Part shown: piece by piece, positions 12,365-25,742 of the stretch
Position numbering within the stretch: the stretch's first letter is position 1
How the letters are laid out: every line of letters starts with the position of its first letter
NCBI GenBank assembly: GCA_964016885.1
Contig: OZ024741.1
Location: forward strand, 155,496,001 to 155,560,000
Origin: Eledone cirrhosa
Taxonomy: Eukaryota
Reading direction: 5' to 3'
DNA: 64,000 nucleotides
Notes under the pieces: model-generated
Told to the model about the DNA's origin: nothing
The model's input: only the letters and a program-made list of their open reading frames with translations
Database searches by the model: none
Program-made: the position numbers and the translations under genes

Positions 12365-12866
12365 ATGGAAAAATGAAACGAAATTTCATTTCTCACTTTT
12401 AGTACGGCTGTTACTTAAATATAAGTATGTATACGAACATACATATATGTATACAGACGTACAGTGGTATGTATATATATACATACATGCACACATATAT
12501 ACGTCTGTATACATATATGTATGTACGTATACATACTTATATTTAAGTAACAGCCGTACTAAGAGTGAGAAATGAAATTTCGTTTCATTTTTTCCATTTA
12601 TCGTTTTCGGTGCGCCCGGCCGATTAACTCACTCGATATGCAAATTAGGCTGCTCAGCCGTTAATATGCATAAGGAAAGTATATACTTTCAGACGTTCAA
12701 TCATCTGGCAGGAAGGTATACGGTGCTGACGATAGCTAATAAGCTTGAAACTAGTACATCGTTCCTTTGTCAGTGTTGAACAAAAGGGCATCGATGGTGG
12801 CTAAACACTGTACGGCTTAATTCGGGATGTTTGTTTACAAACAAACCGAGCATTATAATAAATGCA
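12365..12866 (+). mobile_element. H3 repeat family copy 2, with inverted duplication of its 5' part
   Basis: 12365-12440 is inverted at 12525-12600; 12590-12866 is homologous to 6170-6455. Confidence 0.78.
12720..12762 (+). ncRNA. Minimal type I hammerhead (family H3)
   Basis: ACGGTG CTGACGA T AGCT aata AGCT T GAAA CTAG TA CATCGT. Confidence 0.87.
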
Positions 12867-13083
12867 AATATTAGTCTGGTTCGCAGATTCAATCTATATA
12901 GAGAGTTGCATTAGGTGACTTCAAATTACACTGTTAGTTACATGCATTTTAAAAACTAAAATTCAAAGATTTGATTTATAATGTGCCAAATCATACTTAT
13001 AATTATCTAGCAACACATTATATAATGCAATATGATTTGATATAACATACCATTATACCATTTTATTATTATATTAATCCAAA

Positions 13084-13275
13084 GGGCGGTGGATTGGCAG
13101 CATCGGTAGAGGGTTGGACGCCATGCTTTGTAGCAAAATGAGTTACGCCCCTTTACGGTCTGAGTTCAAATCCCGCCGAGGTTAACTTTGCCTTTCATCC
13201 TTACGGGGTCGATAAAATAAAGTACCAGTAATACACTGGGATAATTTATGGCCTTGTGCCAAAAGTAGAAACAAT
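13084..13275 (+). mobile_element. tRNA-derived Meta-type SINE
   Basis: Same A/B boxes and central domain as 11527-11712. Confidence 0.87.
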
Positions 13276-14111
13276 TATTATATTAATCCATGATTTTATT
13301 TTAGTACTAGACCACCCGTGACCCGTTGGGTCATGTTCACTTAAAAATAATTTTAAAATTATTAAAATATACACAAAATGTATATAATGTAAAATGACAT
13401 TGGAAAGCCAATATATATATATACGTGTATGTGTGTGTGTATATGTACGTGTATATATATATATATATGTTTGTGTGTGTGGGTGTCTGTGGCCTATATA
13501 CACTGGTTACAGACACACACATACATACATCCTGTTCTAACACAAGTTATAAGATACATATAACTTAATATTCAGTCACCAAATACAAGCTAAATACAGT
13601 AATGCTGTATTCAATTCTTTGAAGTCACCTGTTATAATTTTATTCAACAACACCACCAGCTCTCTCCCTCTCTCTCTCTCACACAACCACTATCTGCGTT
13701 TGTATTCACATTTCAATGGTACCTTACTTTCAAAGAATTTTCACATTATGCGCTGATTTGGTTATTTATAAGGGTACCCGAAAAAACCCGCGTATCTCGG
13801 GATCCCGTGGTCCGATTTACGCGAAACTTGTCTTTTCACTGTATTATTCACAAGTATTTTCACAAAGAAAATATCAAATCATTTTTCACTAATAGCTATC
13901 CAATCACTCCACTTCAAAATTCTTTTTTCTATATCTCTATGGATGCTTGACTGTTTGTTTTGAAAGATTTTTCTGCTTAAAAAGTTGCAATGTTAATGAA
14001 AAGCTGGTTTTATTTACAAAAGTTTGAAAGAAATTATTCTTACTTGTCTTAGATTTTCCTTTTCCTTTCATTTTCTGACGTCGGAACCAACATTTTCTCA
14101 TATTTATGCTG

Positions 14112-17100
14112 TTACAGTTTGATCAAAAGAATGCTTTTGATGACAACATTCTTAGTTGACTGGGTATCCCACAGAAACACTCTGACATTTTCTTTTCTTT
14201 TTCCGCGGCTAAGGGCCACACACAGTTGACCGTGTTGGAATACAGGTCGTTCCAGATAAACCAAGACGTTTTCCATAGTTTGTCCTTGTGCTTTATGAAT
14301 AGTCATAGCGAAGCACGATTGAACTGGGAATTGGCTTCGCTGCAAAGGGATATCCTAACCTTCGGATAGATTAATTCTTATTCTAGGTATCATAACGATT
14401 TCATTTCTGAAAGCAGCAGTGTTGATTCTTGCTACTATGAGATTGTCGTGCAGTTCTTCCACGATCAGTGGCGTTCCATTACAAAGCCTTGGAGGATTCA
14501 AGTTTCTCATAAGAATTATTGGCGATCCTTTTTTCAATTCCAGGTTATGTGGTGGCAGTCCTGATAGTTCAACTGAATCAAGGAATTCAGTCGGGAAATG
14601 AGTGGCATTGGTACCATCACTCACAGAATTATAGGATCGGTACTCTTTTATGGTTCCAGGGAAGCGTCTGATACAGGTGGAATTGATGCTTCTCATCATT
14701 TCATTGAGAGGTACTAAGATGCAATTTTTCGAAAACACTTCAGCTGGATTGTCGAATGAGGGGTAGATGAAATCAATACATTCTTCCATAGTTGTTGCTT
14801 GGAGAACCATTTCTTTTGGCAAAATAATTTCCTCATTTTCAGTTTTTTTAAATCTTATCTTCTCCAATATCCAATAGAAACTGTGAATAGTCTCCTGCTC
14901 CCCCACCCAATCACATGTTTGTCTTCAACTGAAATATTTTGAAGCTTCGCCATAAGTAGGATTTTTTAATGCAGGCGTTTTCCACGTCCGTTTCATTTCC
15001 CCTTTTCACTACCGGAAGAAGCTGACGGAAATCGCCACAGCAAATTGTCAAAATTCCACCGAATGCCTCATTGTTGTCGCATATGTCACGCAGAGTGAGG
15101 TCAACAGCTTCGAAGCTTTCCCCCCGAATCATAGGACACACAACCCAAACAATCAGCCTTGTATGCTGGAAGAGGTTTGCCGTCTTTGAGTTTTTATCAA
15201 TGTTGCACAGACCATTTTCTTTCACTACTATCGGTATTTTGAACCTAGAATGCGCTGTTCTTCAACCAGGCATCAGTGTTGCGGCAATGCCAGATGACGC
15301 AACAGCAATAGCCACGTCACCGTTTCCCCTGACTTTTGAAAGAATTAAGTTAATCAGGAATGTCTTTCCTGTTCCACCTGGAGCGTCATTGAAAATCAAT
15401 GCAGATGTGTTCGTCTCTAAACTGTTACAAATGAAGTCATACACGTGTTTTTGTTCACTATTCAATAGAGGCCCCGTCTCTTCTATAAATCGTCGCTGCT
15501 CTTCTCTGCTGTATTGCAATTCATGCAATAACTCCAAATTGCCAATATCCTGATTAGCAACAATATTATTTGGCCTTGGCAAATTAAAGTCACTAAGACT
15601 TTTGCCCAGGTCATTAAGTTTGTCTTCAAAATACAGAAGACATTGATCATAATGTCTCTCGCTAATCAAAAGGTTAGAGTTTCTGGTAGCCCTTCTTTTT
15701 ATTTGAAGGTAATCCTCAGACAGCGAATGCTTAAATCGAACCCATAAAGCACTGGAATTGTCAATTTCCGTATTTTTGAGGAGCACGATGAATAGATCTC
15801 TCATGGCTTTGGGAAGCCTTGTTCGCTCAGCATCTTCCAGAGTCTGCTGCCAATGATCATCCGATTGAAGCAAACCTTTCTCTCTGTAGACATCTTTGAA
15901 TAATGTCAGGAGTTCTCCATCACACATTTTCAAAGAGTTGAAGGATACTGGCCCTTTGACGTGATGCAGAAGGAGTCTTAAATAATACAGGTCACCACTT
16001 CGTAGAGAAACAGTGTATACTCGTCCCAAAACGTTCGCCTCAAAAATCCCTGGATACTGCTCAACTGTTTTCCCCACCTTTCTCCTTTCCCATCTCTTAT
16101 TACTCCAAGTGTAAAACTTTGGTCATCTTAGCCATGTTATTGTTTACTTTAACAGCAGCATTGACGCGAAAGAAGATTTGGTTTTCCTCAGGTAGATGAA
16201 CTTGAAGGCGAACTACGGCCGGTTCTCTCTCATGAATTGGAAATCCAAGTACCAAGGCAACAGCTTCTGAAGGACCGATATATCTTCCTGTTAAATACTG
16301 TATTATCTCATCTTCCCTGTTCACTCCAAACATTGCTTGATCACTGCCCTTCATGGTATATTTGATAACGTATTTGATCGATTTCACGGAAGAGCACATC
16401 TCTACGTGTAGGTGGCAGTTGAACAGTTTTAATAGTTTCATATTGTAGGGAACCACCCATTCCGAAGTTATATTTCGGCTTCCCCTTCCTTCTTGGTGCT
16501 CCTCAAATCCTCCCATTCCTGGAGACCGTCTTCTGTACACAGTATAAGAGTCCTCTGCACACAGTGTATATTCATTGAAAGGCTTAGGGTACCGCTTACT
16601 ATACGTTCCATCTTTCCAACACAGCGAATTGTTAGAGCAATTCGGACCGTGGATCATGTGCTTCAGCACCAATTCATGACCCTCTGGATCTTTGTTTGGA
16701 TCTGGTATTTCGGCTTGAACAAATTTATCATATTCATGCGGTCTGGGCTTGGAGGCTTCATTGAGCCATAGCAAACATGAGGAAGACCTCGCTTTTGATA
16801 TTCGACTATCAGCACGTAAGCAATGCACTTGCCAAATAGGCCATCTACTCCAGTAAGATACTTTCTTGACAGTTTCCGCTTCAGGTCAAATACTCTGGCA
16901 ATTAAATCTGGCCTGTCGTGTGGCTTCTGTTTCAGGAATAGGTTTTGCCGGATTTCAGGCCAGTTTGGATTGCATGTCATTGTGATGAAGAACGAAGGAT
17001 TGCCGTACTTCCGTATGTACATCATGGCATCCTGGCATCGCTCCATCATATATCTCGGTCCACCGACAAATGTGGAAGAGAGTATGATTCGCCTGCCAAT

Positions 17101-18746
17101 ATTGCGAAAATCGTCATCATCATTCAATGCGTCAGTAAGGCCCTTGTCTGTTGTAAATCGCAATGATGGTTGATTCATTCGGATGTATTGCAGTCTATCT
17201 CCTTCAATCTTCGCAGCCATGTCAACCAAATATTGCTGAAATAAACAACCGCCTCTGAGAAGTTGGTTGAATTCATTCTCATGGTTCATTATTCGATAGG
17301 CATAGTAGCGCATTGGCGTCAACTTCTTGTTGTTGCTCATTAACAGCTGATGATGCCACCCGTCATCGCCAAAAGGAAAAAATAGAACATACTGCAAACT
17401 GTCATAGGACCGATGAAACTCTGAGATTATTTGCAATTGTCCGCCTTTTTCTTTCAACACAATGTGCCGTGCTTTTGCTTGAAGTTCGGTGCTGTTTTGT
17501 ATAATAACGGCAATTTCGTTTGCAGTTCGTGCATTGAATCTTCTCTCATGTTCCATTGCTGGTCTCCTATCAGGATCAATAATAATCGAAGCTTCTGGAA
17601 TATTTTTAATTTGTTCTTTTGCCATTCGAAATGAAGCAACGTAAGGGTTATATTGTCTGAGTATTATTTCCAATAATTCAACTATGTCGCGCTGAATGCC
17701 ATCGTTATGGAGTACCCTGATCCTCAAATCAACACTATCCTGAGGATCCAAGAAGTAAATTTGAAGAAATTGGGTTGTTCATTGGGATTAGGGGTTAAGG
17801 AACCGATGTAATGGTGAATTTGACCATGAATAACGATAGAAGGATTCCATCCACTCCTTGAGGAACGAACTTCTTCGGCCCCAAAAGATGTCATTTGGAA
17901 CAGGCAGTTGTATTGTCTGAGGTTCTTCCTGAACTCGTTTGCCCTAGGTTGATCAGTACTAAATAAACTGTGAAGTTCCTGGGGTAAAGGCTGCAGATTC
18001 CCCAACCTGACTTTTCCATTCATCCAGCAAAAGTTAGCAGTTTCACCATGAAAAAGCATTGCATGACAACAGACACAGATCTTATTCATCTGTCCAACAT
18101 CAGCAGAGAGGTCACGTCGTTGAACTGTCCATGCTCTATCCCTAATGGCTTGTTGGCAAATACGTTCAGTTCTCCAAGCGTCCGATTTATGATCTCTCCT
18201 TCTTCTGTCTCTTTCCCTCTGTTCCGCCTGACGCTCAGCTCTCCGACCATCCGATTAATGATCTCTCCTTCTTCTGTCTCTTCCCCTCTGTTCCACCAGA
18301 CGCTCAGCTCTCCGACCATCCGATTCATGATCTCTCCTGCTTCTGTCTCTTTCCATCTGTTCCACCAGACGCTCAGCTCTCCGACCATCCGATTTATGAT
18401 CTCTCCTGCTTCTGTCTCTTTCCCTCTGTTCCACCAGACGCGCAGCTCTCCGACCATCCGATTCATGATCTCTCCTGCTTCTGTCTCTTTCCATCTGTTC
18501 CACCAGACGCGCAGCTCTCCGACCATCCGATTCATGATCTCTCCTGCTTCTGTCTCTTTCCCTCTGTTCCGCTAGACGCGCAGCCCTTGTTTTATCAGTC
18601 TCATCGATCCTTCTATTCGCATGCCTGTCCCGATCTTGTTGTCGTTGACCACTATCTTGTTCACCTTCTTCGGCTCTCCTTAGCCGTGCTTTCTTTCCAC
18701 TATCGATAGACCAACCAGATGTTTTCTTTCTTCCTCGTCGAGGCAT
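14112..18746 (-). pseudogene. Helitron RepHel (HUH Rep initiator + Pif1-family SF1 helicase), frameshifted
   Basis: Rep motifs FFITMTCNPNW, VEYQKRGLPH, YVIKY; helicase motifs DAPGGTGKT, GDFRQLLPV, LCNGT, FAMTIHKAQGQT, HGQL(C)VALSR; split across about 8 ORFs. Confidence 0.95.
18190..18580 (-). repeat. 60-bp coding tandem repeat (~6.5 units) in the Helitron N-terminus
   Basis: Encodes the charged 20-aa unit RERDRSRRDHESDGRRAARLVEQ (ORF 18255-18746). Confidence 0.9.
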
Positions 18747-20578
18747 TATTTAAGAATAGAAAATCGTATTCACCTTAGAAAAAAATTCCTATTACCTCAA
18801 CAAATATTTTTTTTAAATCATCATTTAGAAATATTTCTAAATAATGAAAATATTGTCTGTTTAAACAACTCGTACTTTTCAAATCATATTCACTTAAAAA
18901 ATACTTATTAATAATTAAAATATTCTGTTTAAAGAAAGCTGAAATATATATACGCAGTGTACAAATAATTTGTATTTTTTAAGAAGTCATTTTCACTTAA
19001 GAATATTTTTTAAATATGCCAAGAAATATTTTTTCCATCGTATTCACCTGAAAATAATAAAAAAAAAATGAAGATATTGTCTATATAAATAAAACTATTT
19101 GTGAAATCAAATTCACTTTAAAATATTTCTAAATAATTGAAATATTCTTTTTAACAAAAGCAAAAATATAAACACCTACTGTTTAAAACCAACTGGTAAT
19201 TTTCAGTGATATTCACTTAATGCTTTTCTGATAATTAAAATATCGTCTGTATAAAGAAAGCTCGAATATAGAAACTTGAAGTACAAACAACTTGTAGTTT
19301 TGAAATCATATTCACTGAGAAATCACTGAACATTTTTTTAAAAATAATTATTAAACTATTTTCATCATTCCAGAAATATTTTTATGTCGATTTCGTCAAA
19401 CCTGTTTTATTCCCATTTCAGGGTTATATCACTTACAGGGCTATTTTTCCATTATGCACGGTTTTGGCTATTTACGAAGGTATCCTACATACACACACAA
19501 ATATATATATATATATATGTCTCTAACTTAAGTACTGTTACACACACATACACACACACATGTCTCTAAGAAACGCAAACACATGCACTGGCACACATAC
19601 ACATACAGATACACACGGTGGCAGTAGAACTGTGAAAGAGAGAGAAATAAATAACGTTATGGATAGGGAGAGAGTTAAAATAAATAAAAGTTAAGGATGC
19701 TGTCTCTTTCCCTATCTGTCATCCCCCCTCTCTCTCTCTCATCCCCTCACTCTCTCTCTTTCTCTCTCTCACCCCTCTCTCTCTCTTTCTCTCTCACCCC
19801 CTCTCTGTCTCTCTTACCTACAGAATAGACAACCAAAAAACAAACGGATTATTTCTTTCGATATTCATTATAAAATAAGATAAATTGAATATAAATGAAT
19901 TTCTTGCTATCTTTGGAAAATTGAAAATATTGTCCATGTGCGATTTACGCCAAACTTGTTTTATTCAGAGTATTTTCTCATTATGCAATGTTTTGGCTAT
20001 TTACGAAGTTTTGCCGGTTATGTTAATTTCGAGGTATTTTCCCAGTATGCACCGTTGTGGCTATTTACGAAGATACCCCCAAAACCCGCGAATCTCGGGA
20101 ACCCGGGGTCAGATTTTCGCGAAACTTGTTTTATTCAATTTGTATTCCCATTTCAGAGGCAACTTGCTTTCAAAGTATTTACCCATTATGCGCCCTTTTG
20201 GCTGTATTACATAACAGACAAGCAAGCAAGCACGCAAGATCAGAGTTTTAGTAGTATATAGATAGATTATATAACTAATACTTCGCAATATAAAGCTTTT
20301 TACGTTAACAAATATGGGATGTATATTTAGACTAAGTCGCTACATGGAATTTTACAAGTAAACTTGCTAGTGAGACTTAGAAGCTAGTAAGATGAGGTCA
20401 GATTATTGTTAAAATACACTTATATTGCATGTAATTTCAGAATATCTGAACAGAGTATTGCCATAAGCATTCCCCAAAAGGATGTCTATACATACATGTC
20501 AAATATACACACATACATGTAATCACATTCCTAGTTGGACACCCATTTGCACATAGACATACACATACACATACATAG

Positions 20579-20610
<32 letters not shown>

Positions 20611-21679
20611 GTATCCACCCATGTTTACTTTAAGATGTGTAAGTGTATATCAATTTATGTGAATATAACACATTGGGTGTGTGGAAAAATTATTTCTTGA
20701 TTATATTGGAAGGAAGGCGGAGATAGATTTTCTCTCTGGAGCGTATATTCATTGTTAGGAGGAGAATTATGTCAATAATTAATCTATAAAAAACATATAT
20801 TTAAAAAACTATATTAAAAAACTACATTTATATCTTAGTATAACAGAGTGTATAATCGATTAAAACTAATGGCGTTTAATTAAATTTACTTCTAGATATG
20901 TTAAATCATTATCAGATTAAAAATTTAGATAGTACCATTATTTTAATATTTACTATAATAGAAAGATTGAGAACATTTCTAACTAACAATTATTGTCCTA
21001 ACTGTAGAATGAAAATTAATTTAATTAATCGAATTTCACATTAAATTAATTAAGAAAAATAAATTATGAAAAATAAATTAAGAAAAAATAAGAAAAAATA
21101 AATGAAGAAGTAATATAAAAATATTAATAGTATACGGTTACGTAAGGTGGTAATTATAATCTTAATATCAGTGAGTCATTAAAAATAATTGATTGAAGTC
21201 TAAGTAATCTAACTTATGCTTATATGTGAATGATTTCATAGTGAAAGAAAAGAAAATTTGGCATGGCGTTCCAGCGAGACTGGCGTAAGAATCCTTCTCC
21301 TCCCTTCAAAATCCAAAAAGATATACCAGTACCGTGTATTTTCAAATATTGAAAAGGGGGAATTTAATTATCTAATTAATTAATACCAGGCACTCAAGCA
21401 ATGAAAATGATTTTAAGCGCCTTGTGTGTAACTCGGAAGGCTATCAGACGGTCAGTCGGTGGTGTCACGCATACCAGATAATGTTAATAATAGTAATGAT
21501 GAAATTACGCTGGGTGGATAAATATACATATACTTAGATAAAAAAAAAAGCAAGTACATAGTTGAAGATAACATTGAAAATAAAAATATGCAAGTACATA
21601 GTTTAAAAATAAATTAAATTTAAATTAAATTTGAATTAGTATTGAGTCGAATAGGTCACTTAATATGCAATATAATATA

Positions 21680-21962
21680 ATTGTTTCTACATTTGGCACA
21701 AGGCCAGCAATTATCCAGTAGGTTACTGGTACTTTATTTTATCGACCCCGTAAGGATGAAAGGCAAAGTTAATATAATTGTTTCTACTTTAGGCACAAGG
21801 CCAGCAATTACCAGTGCATTACTGGTACTTTATTTTATCGACCCCGTAAGGATGAAAGGCAAAGTCAACCTCGGCGGGATTTGAACTCAGATGGTAAAGG
21901 GACGTAACTATGCTGGAAAGCATGGCGTCCGACCCTCTACCGATACTGCCAATCCACCGCCC
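21680..21962 (-). mobile_element. Meta-type SINE with tandem duplication of its 3' half
   Basis: 21680-21770 repeats 21777-21868; full head at 21870-21962. Confidence 0.85.
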
Positions 21963-22119
21963 TTTAGTTAATATAATTATATACAATCAGATAAATTATG
22001 AAAAACACAGAAAATATAAAAATATAGAAAAATAAGGTGTAGATTATGGGTAAATATACAATAAGTAGTGTAGTTAATATAATACAAAATAACCATAGTT
22101 GTTTTGTATTATATAAGCA

Positions 22120-22650
22120 TCCTTGGCAGACAGAGCGCGCAATCTGGAATGGTTGATTTTAACCACAGAGCAGATACCGCTTGAGGAAAGCGTCCAGGTA
22201 TCGATAGTCGACCTATCGAAAGCTTTCGATTGATCCAAATTGATGAGAACCCTACCGAAGCACGGTTTATTTCATACGCTCTCTATGACGTATTTCGTGA
22301 GGTGGTGGTCGAGATTGCGCACGTCTGCCCCTCCCACACCAGACTCTCGACGAAAAGCTAGAACCTCATTGCTAGCACCCTGGTCAAACATCTTAAACAC
22401 TGTGTTTACCAGAGTTATAGATTGGAAATAATGACCCTCTTTTTCTCTTCTTTCCTCATCAACGTAGCTGCGTCTCGACTCGCTTGACGGAGAATACTCC
22501 CGTTCTGCTGCCAGTTGCAGTAGATATCTTCGAGGAGATCGGAGAACAGGTCTGGCATATATACGTAAAACTCATAGGGCAGTAAGCCAGGGCTTTCCGT
22601 ATCTCGGCTACTGTTATCGGCTATTCCTCTCATAGTTAACACTAAGGTCA
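22120..22650 (-). mobile_element. Degenerate L1/Tx1 RT fragment
   Basis: SPGLLPYEFYVYMPDLFSDLLEDIYCNWQQNGSI and a DQSKAFDRSTI-like segment match ORF2 at 56906-59770. Confidence 0.85.
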
Positions 22651-23410
22651 AATTTCAAATATAAGAAGGGAAATAAATAATTTTCTATATAGATAATAAA
22701 CATAACCACAAGGAATCTTCTGTGGGGTAATTTAAAAAAAATATATACAATATACAAGTGGAACCGGTTTCTTCTACAACAACTACAACGGTACGCGATG
22801 GGACCCACCCACAGCCCCGGCGGACAGAATGGAGAAGGCGTTTACCCGGAGAACGGCGAGGGAGACGCGCTGGAAGAGCCACTCCAACTCGCGGGGCTCG
22901 ACCTGCGACTGGCCAGCTCAGCGCCTATGGTGGTGAGTAAGGAGGTAGCCCTGGGGCTGAGGACACCAGAAGTCTCCACTGCCAGGGGTACGACCGCAAA
23001 CCTGTCGGAGAGCGACCGGTATTTGAGGAGTTTGGCCCCCTCAGCCCGACGTGCAGCATAACCTGGGTCAGTCGCAGACTGCACCAGGTTGCGGCTGCAG
23101 AAAGTGTCGGTGCAAGTGGCATCCCAGACGAGGGATTTGCCACCGCGGAACGGGAAGATGGTCATACCATCTGGCCTTTTGCCGTCCCCTCGATCCATCC
23201 CCACCGGCTCGAGCTGGGAAGGGAAGCCTGCAGCGTCCAAGCCACGCTTAATGACCTCGTTGAGGGCAGCATGGCATGGAATTCGGCCGGCACTGTGGCG
23301 ACAGGAAAACGGGTGGAGGTCAAAAGAGTCCACAGTGGAACCGCAGCGACATTGGTGTGGCTGGCAGATCCGGAGGCCGAGCCTCAGGGAAACGCCGATG
23401 CGCAAAGTCC
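22650..23410 (-). mobile_element. 3' fragment of a CRE-like non-LTR element (zinc knuckle + restriction-like endonuclease)
   Basis: RLGL..CQPHQCRCG...H.FSC...HAALNEVIKRGL...EP.G....DGKRPDG...LVWDATC: a PD-(D/E)xK RLE typical of CRE-type elements. Confidence 0.78.
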
Positions 23411-23593
23411 AAATTAAACAGTTCAGTAATTTTCGCCGCCGTAGTTGCGAATGTGATTTTGTTGCTGTTATTGCTGTTGCTGTTGTCGTTGCCTCTGCTG
23501 CTGCTGCTGTCATTGCTGATGTTTCTAGTGCTGTTGTCACTATAGCCGTTGCTGCTGCTGCTGCTCTTATTGTCTCTACTATTAGTGCTGCTG

Positions 23594-23625
<32 letters not shown>

Positions 23626-23973
23626 GTTGACGGTAGGCTTGCTGTTTGTAGTGGTGACAGTGGTAACAGTGGTGACGTCGTTGGTGGGGGGACGTTCACG
23701 CTCATCTCGAAATTTGCGTCTGTCACGTGACTGCTGACTCAAAGTGAGGGGTCTATCTCTTCCACTTTTCTACGCTTGTAGGTGAGAGAAAAAAAGTTCA
23801 AATATTTGTGCCGAAGTCCAAAATATTATTGGGTTTCTCTTCTTTAGGGCAAAGACCTAAGTCTTATGTCTTCCTTGAAAGAAATATACATAAACGAATG
23901 ACACTGTAAACAACTAAAAACAAGAAAAACTTACGGAGCTAACAATAACACGTCTTCCCGATTCAGTCACCAA
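23410..23973 (-). mobile_element. 5' end (5' UTR + low-complexity ORF1 start) of an L1/Tx1-type element
   Basis: Minus strand starts TTATTATTGGTGAC...AGCTCCGTAAG, like the 5' ends at 56083 and 62004. N/T/S-rich ORF ending KITFATTAAKI, resembling LSFARVAKQF. Confidence 0.6.
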
Positions 23974-24197
23974 TAATAAGGAAGTAAAAACAATATAGAA
24001 AAGAAAAGTACTTTACAACCCGTAAATCAAATATTGATGACAAGAGTCACTGTAGTTGTATAACATTTCTCGTTTTTCAAAGATAAATTATTCTTTGTAA
24101 TGCCCCCTCCCCACCTAGTGGTGGTGAGAGGTGAGATTTAATATATTGGTAGCAACATATCAATATAAATGAATATATTTATATATATTCATTCGCT

Positions 24198-24301
<104 letters not shown>

Positions 24302-24579
24302 CATATATCTACATACATATTTATATATATCTACATACATATATTTACATACATATATCTACAAACACACATATATATATATATACACATATTCCCACAT
24401 GTATGTATATATGTATGTGTGGTGGGTGTGTATGTATGTGTGGCGTGTATGTATGTATGTATATCTAAGCTGGGCACCAACTTGTGGCTGGGTGTTGTTG
24501 ACTTATACGGGAAAGATACTTTAAATGAAATGAAATGACTTATAAGACAAACAATATACATAATACATTTTCAATGACA

Positions 24580-25620
24580 TCTTTGAAAATTCTGTCTTGG
24601 GACGTGCGTACACTATTGGATTTATGAGGCTCAAATCCTCCTGAATGTCGAATAGCTCTTATCTCAAAAGAGTTCCATCGATATCAACTGGATAGTGTTG
24701 CCCTATCTCACTGAACCACGGCTCCCCGAGGATGACCATCTAAAGGAACCAGACTTTGGATGTATCTTATTCGACTAAAGTCGGCCAGAAAATGAACGTC
24801 ATAGAGCCGGAGTCAGTTTTTCTCCAAGAACTTTCCTCATGCAACATCTAACGGAGCTTCTGCATGGTATCTCCGATCAGATTATCACACTTAGGTTGCT
24901 GCTCCACCGTCTTACGACTTTGGTCAGTGTGTACGCTTCCACCCTTGTAAATTCACAAGAAGAAATAGATAAATTTTACGTAGATCTGCGAATAGTCTTG
25001 AAAAATATAAGTAGGGATGACAAATTTCCAGTGTTGGGTGATTTGAATGTTCGTGTTGGATGTGACTCTACTAGATGGAGCAGCAAACGTCGTCATAGAA
25101 TGGGAAAATGTAATAGCAATGGACTTCTGTTGTAGGTGTGCCAGGAATTTGATCTTGTCATAGGTAATATATGGTTCAGACAGAAGAACAAGTACAAGGG
25201 GACCTGGGTTCACCCACGTTCACGACATTGGAATGCTATTAACTATTTGATTGTAAGATGTAAAGATTTGCAGGGTCAGATCTCTCCGTTGTATGTAAGG
25301 GACTGAGTGTTCGACGGACCACCATCTCCTAAAAGTAACTATCCGAGTTCATATTTGGAAGAAGATGAAGTATGGCGATGTCAAAATGCAGGGGCGTATA
25401 AAGGACTCACAAATGTCAAGACGCAGTTCAGCAACTCGAAGTCACCAACAGTTATGATGTCTGCCTGTCTTTCAACAGCATTATGAGGGAGTAGTTACGA
25501 CTTTGGGTTATGCAGAGAAAAACATCAGGACTTGTTTACCGCCAATCAACTGTTAGTAGAAAGCCGTCTAGCAAGTTTCTAACATAGACACAAGACTCTC
25601 TCATTGGAATTTACACATCA
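24580..25620 (+). mobile_element. Degenerate RTE LINE APE endonuclease region
   Basis: WDVRTLLD, SVYASTL, LGDLNVRVG, GKCNSNGLLL, TWVHPRSRHW motifs. Confidence 0.85.
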
Positions 25621-25742
25621 AGTAGGTAGATTATGTATGCATGCATGCATGTGTAGATATGGATGTTATTGTATGTGTGGATGTGGATGTTTTGAGTTGT
25701 ATGTGTATATGCTTTGTATCTGTACATGTGTATATGCAGTTA

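Larger units (their letters stand above)
13307..20262 (-). mobile_element. Full-length autonomous-type Helitron (decayed)
   Basis: On the minus strand it starts A|TCTATATACTACTAAAAC (20262) and ends with a TGACCC-aac-GGGTCA hairpin and CTAG|T (13307). It encloses a same-strand Rep/Hel ORF. Confidence 0.88.

Noticed and set aside
14112-16077. Host PIF1 helicase gene
   Set aside because: Fused to an HUH Rep domain, intronless, frameshifted and enclosed by Helitron termini.
18190-18580. Regular 60-bp repeats resembling a CRISPR array
   Set aside because: Contiguous tandem units with no unique spacers, in frame within the Helitron protein; eukaryotic context with no cas genes.
21410-21450. Minus-strand CTGATA-GCCTT...AAGGC hammerhead-like motif
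   Set aside because: The core is incomplete and no GAAA or stem III follows.
20270-21680. Possible host exon or promoter in the AT-rich unique-looking stretch
   Set aside because: No ORF, splice pattern or recognisable motif supports a call.
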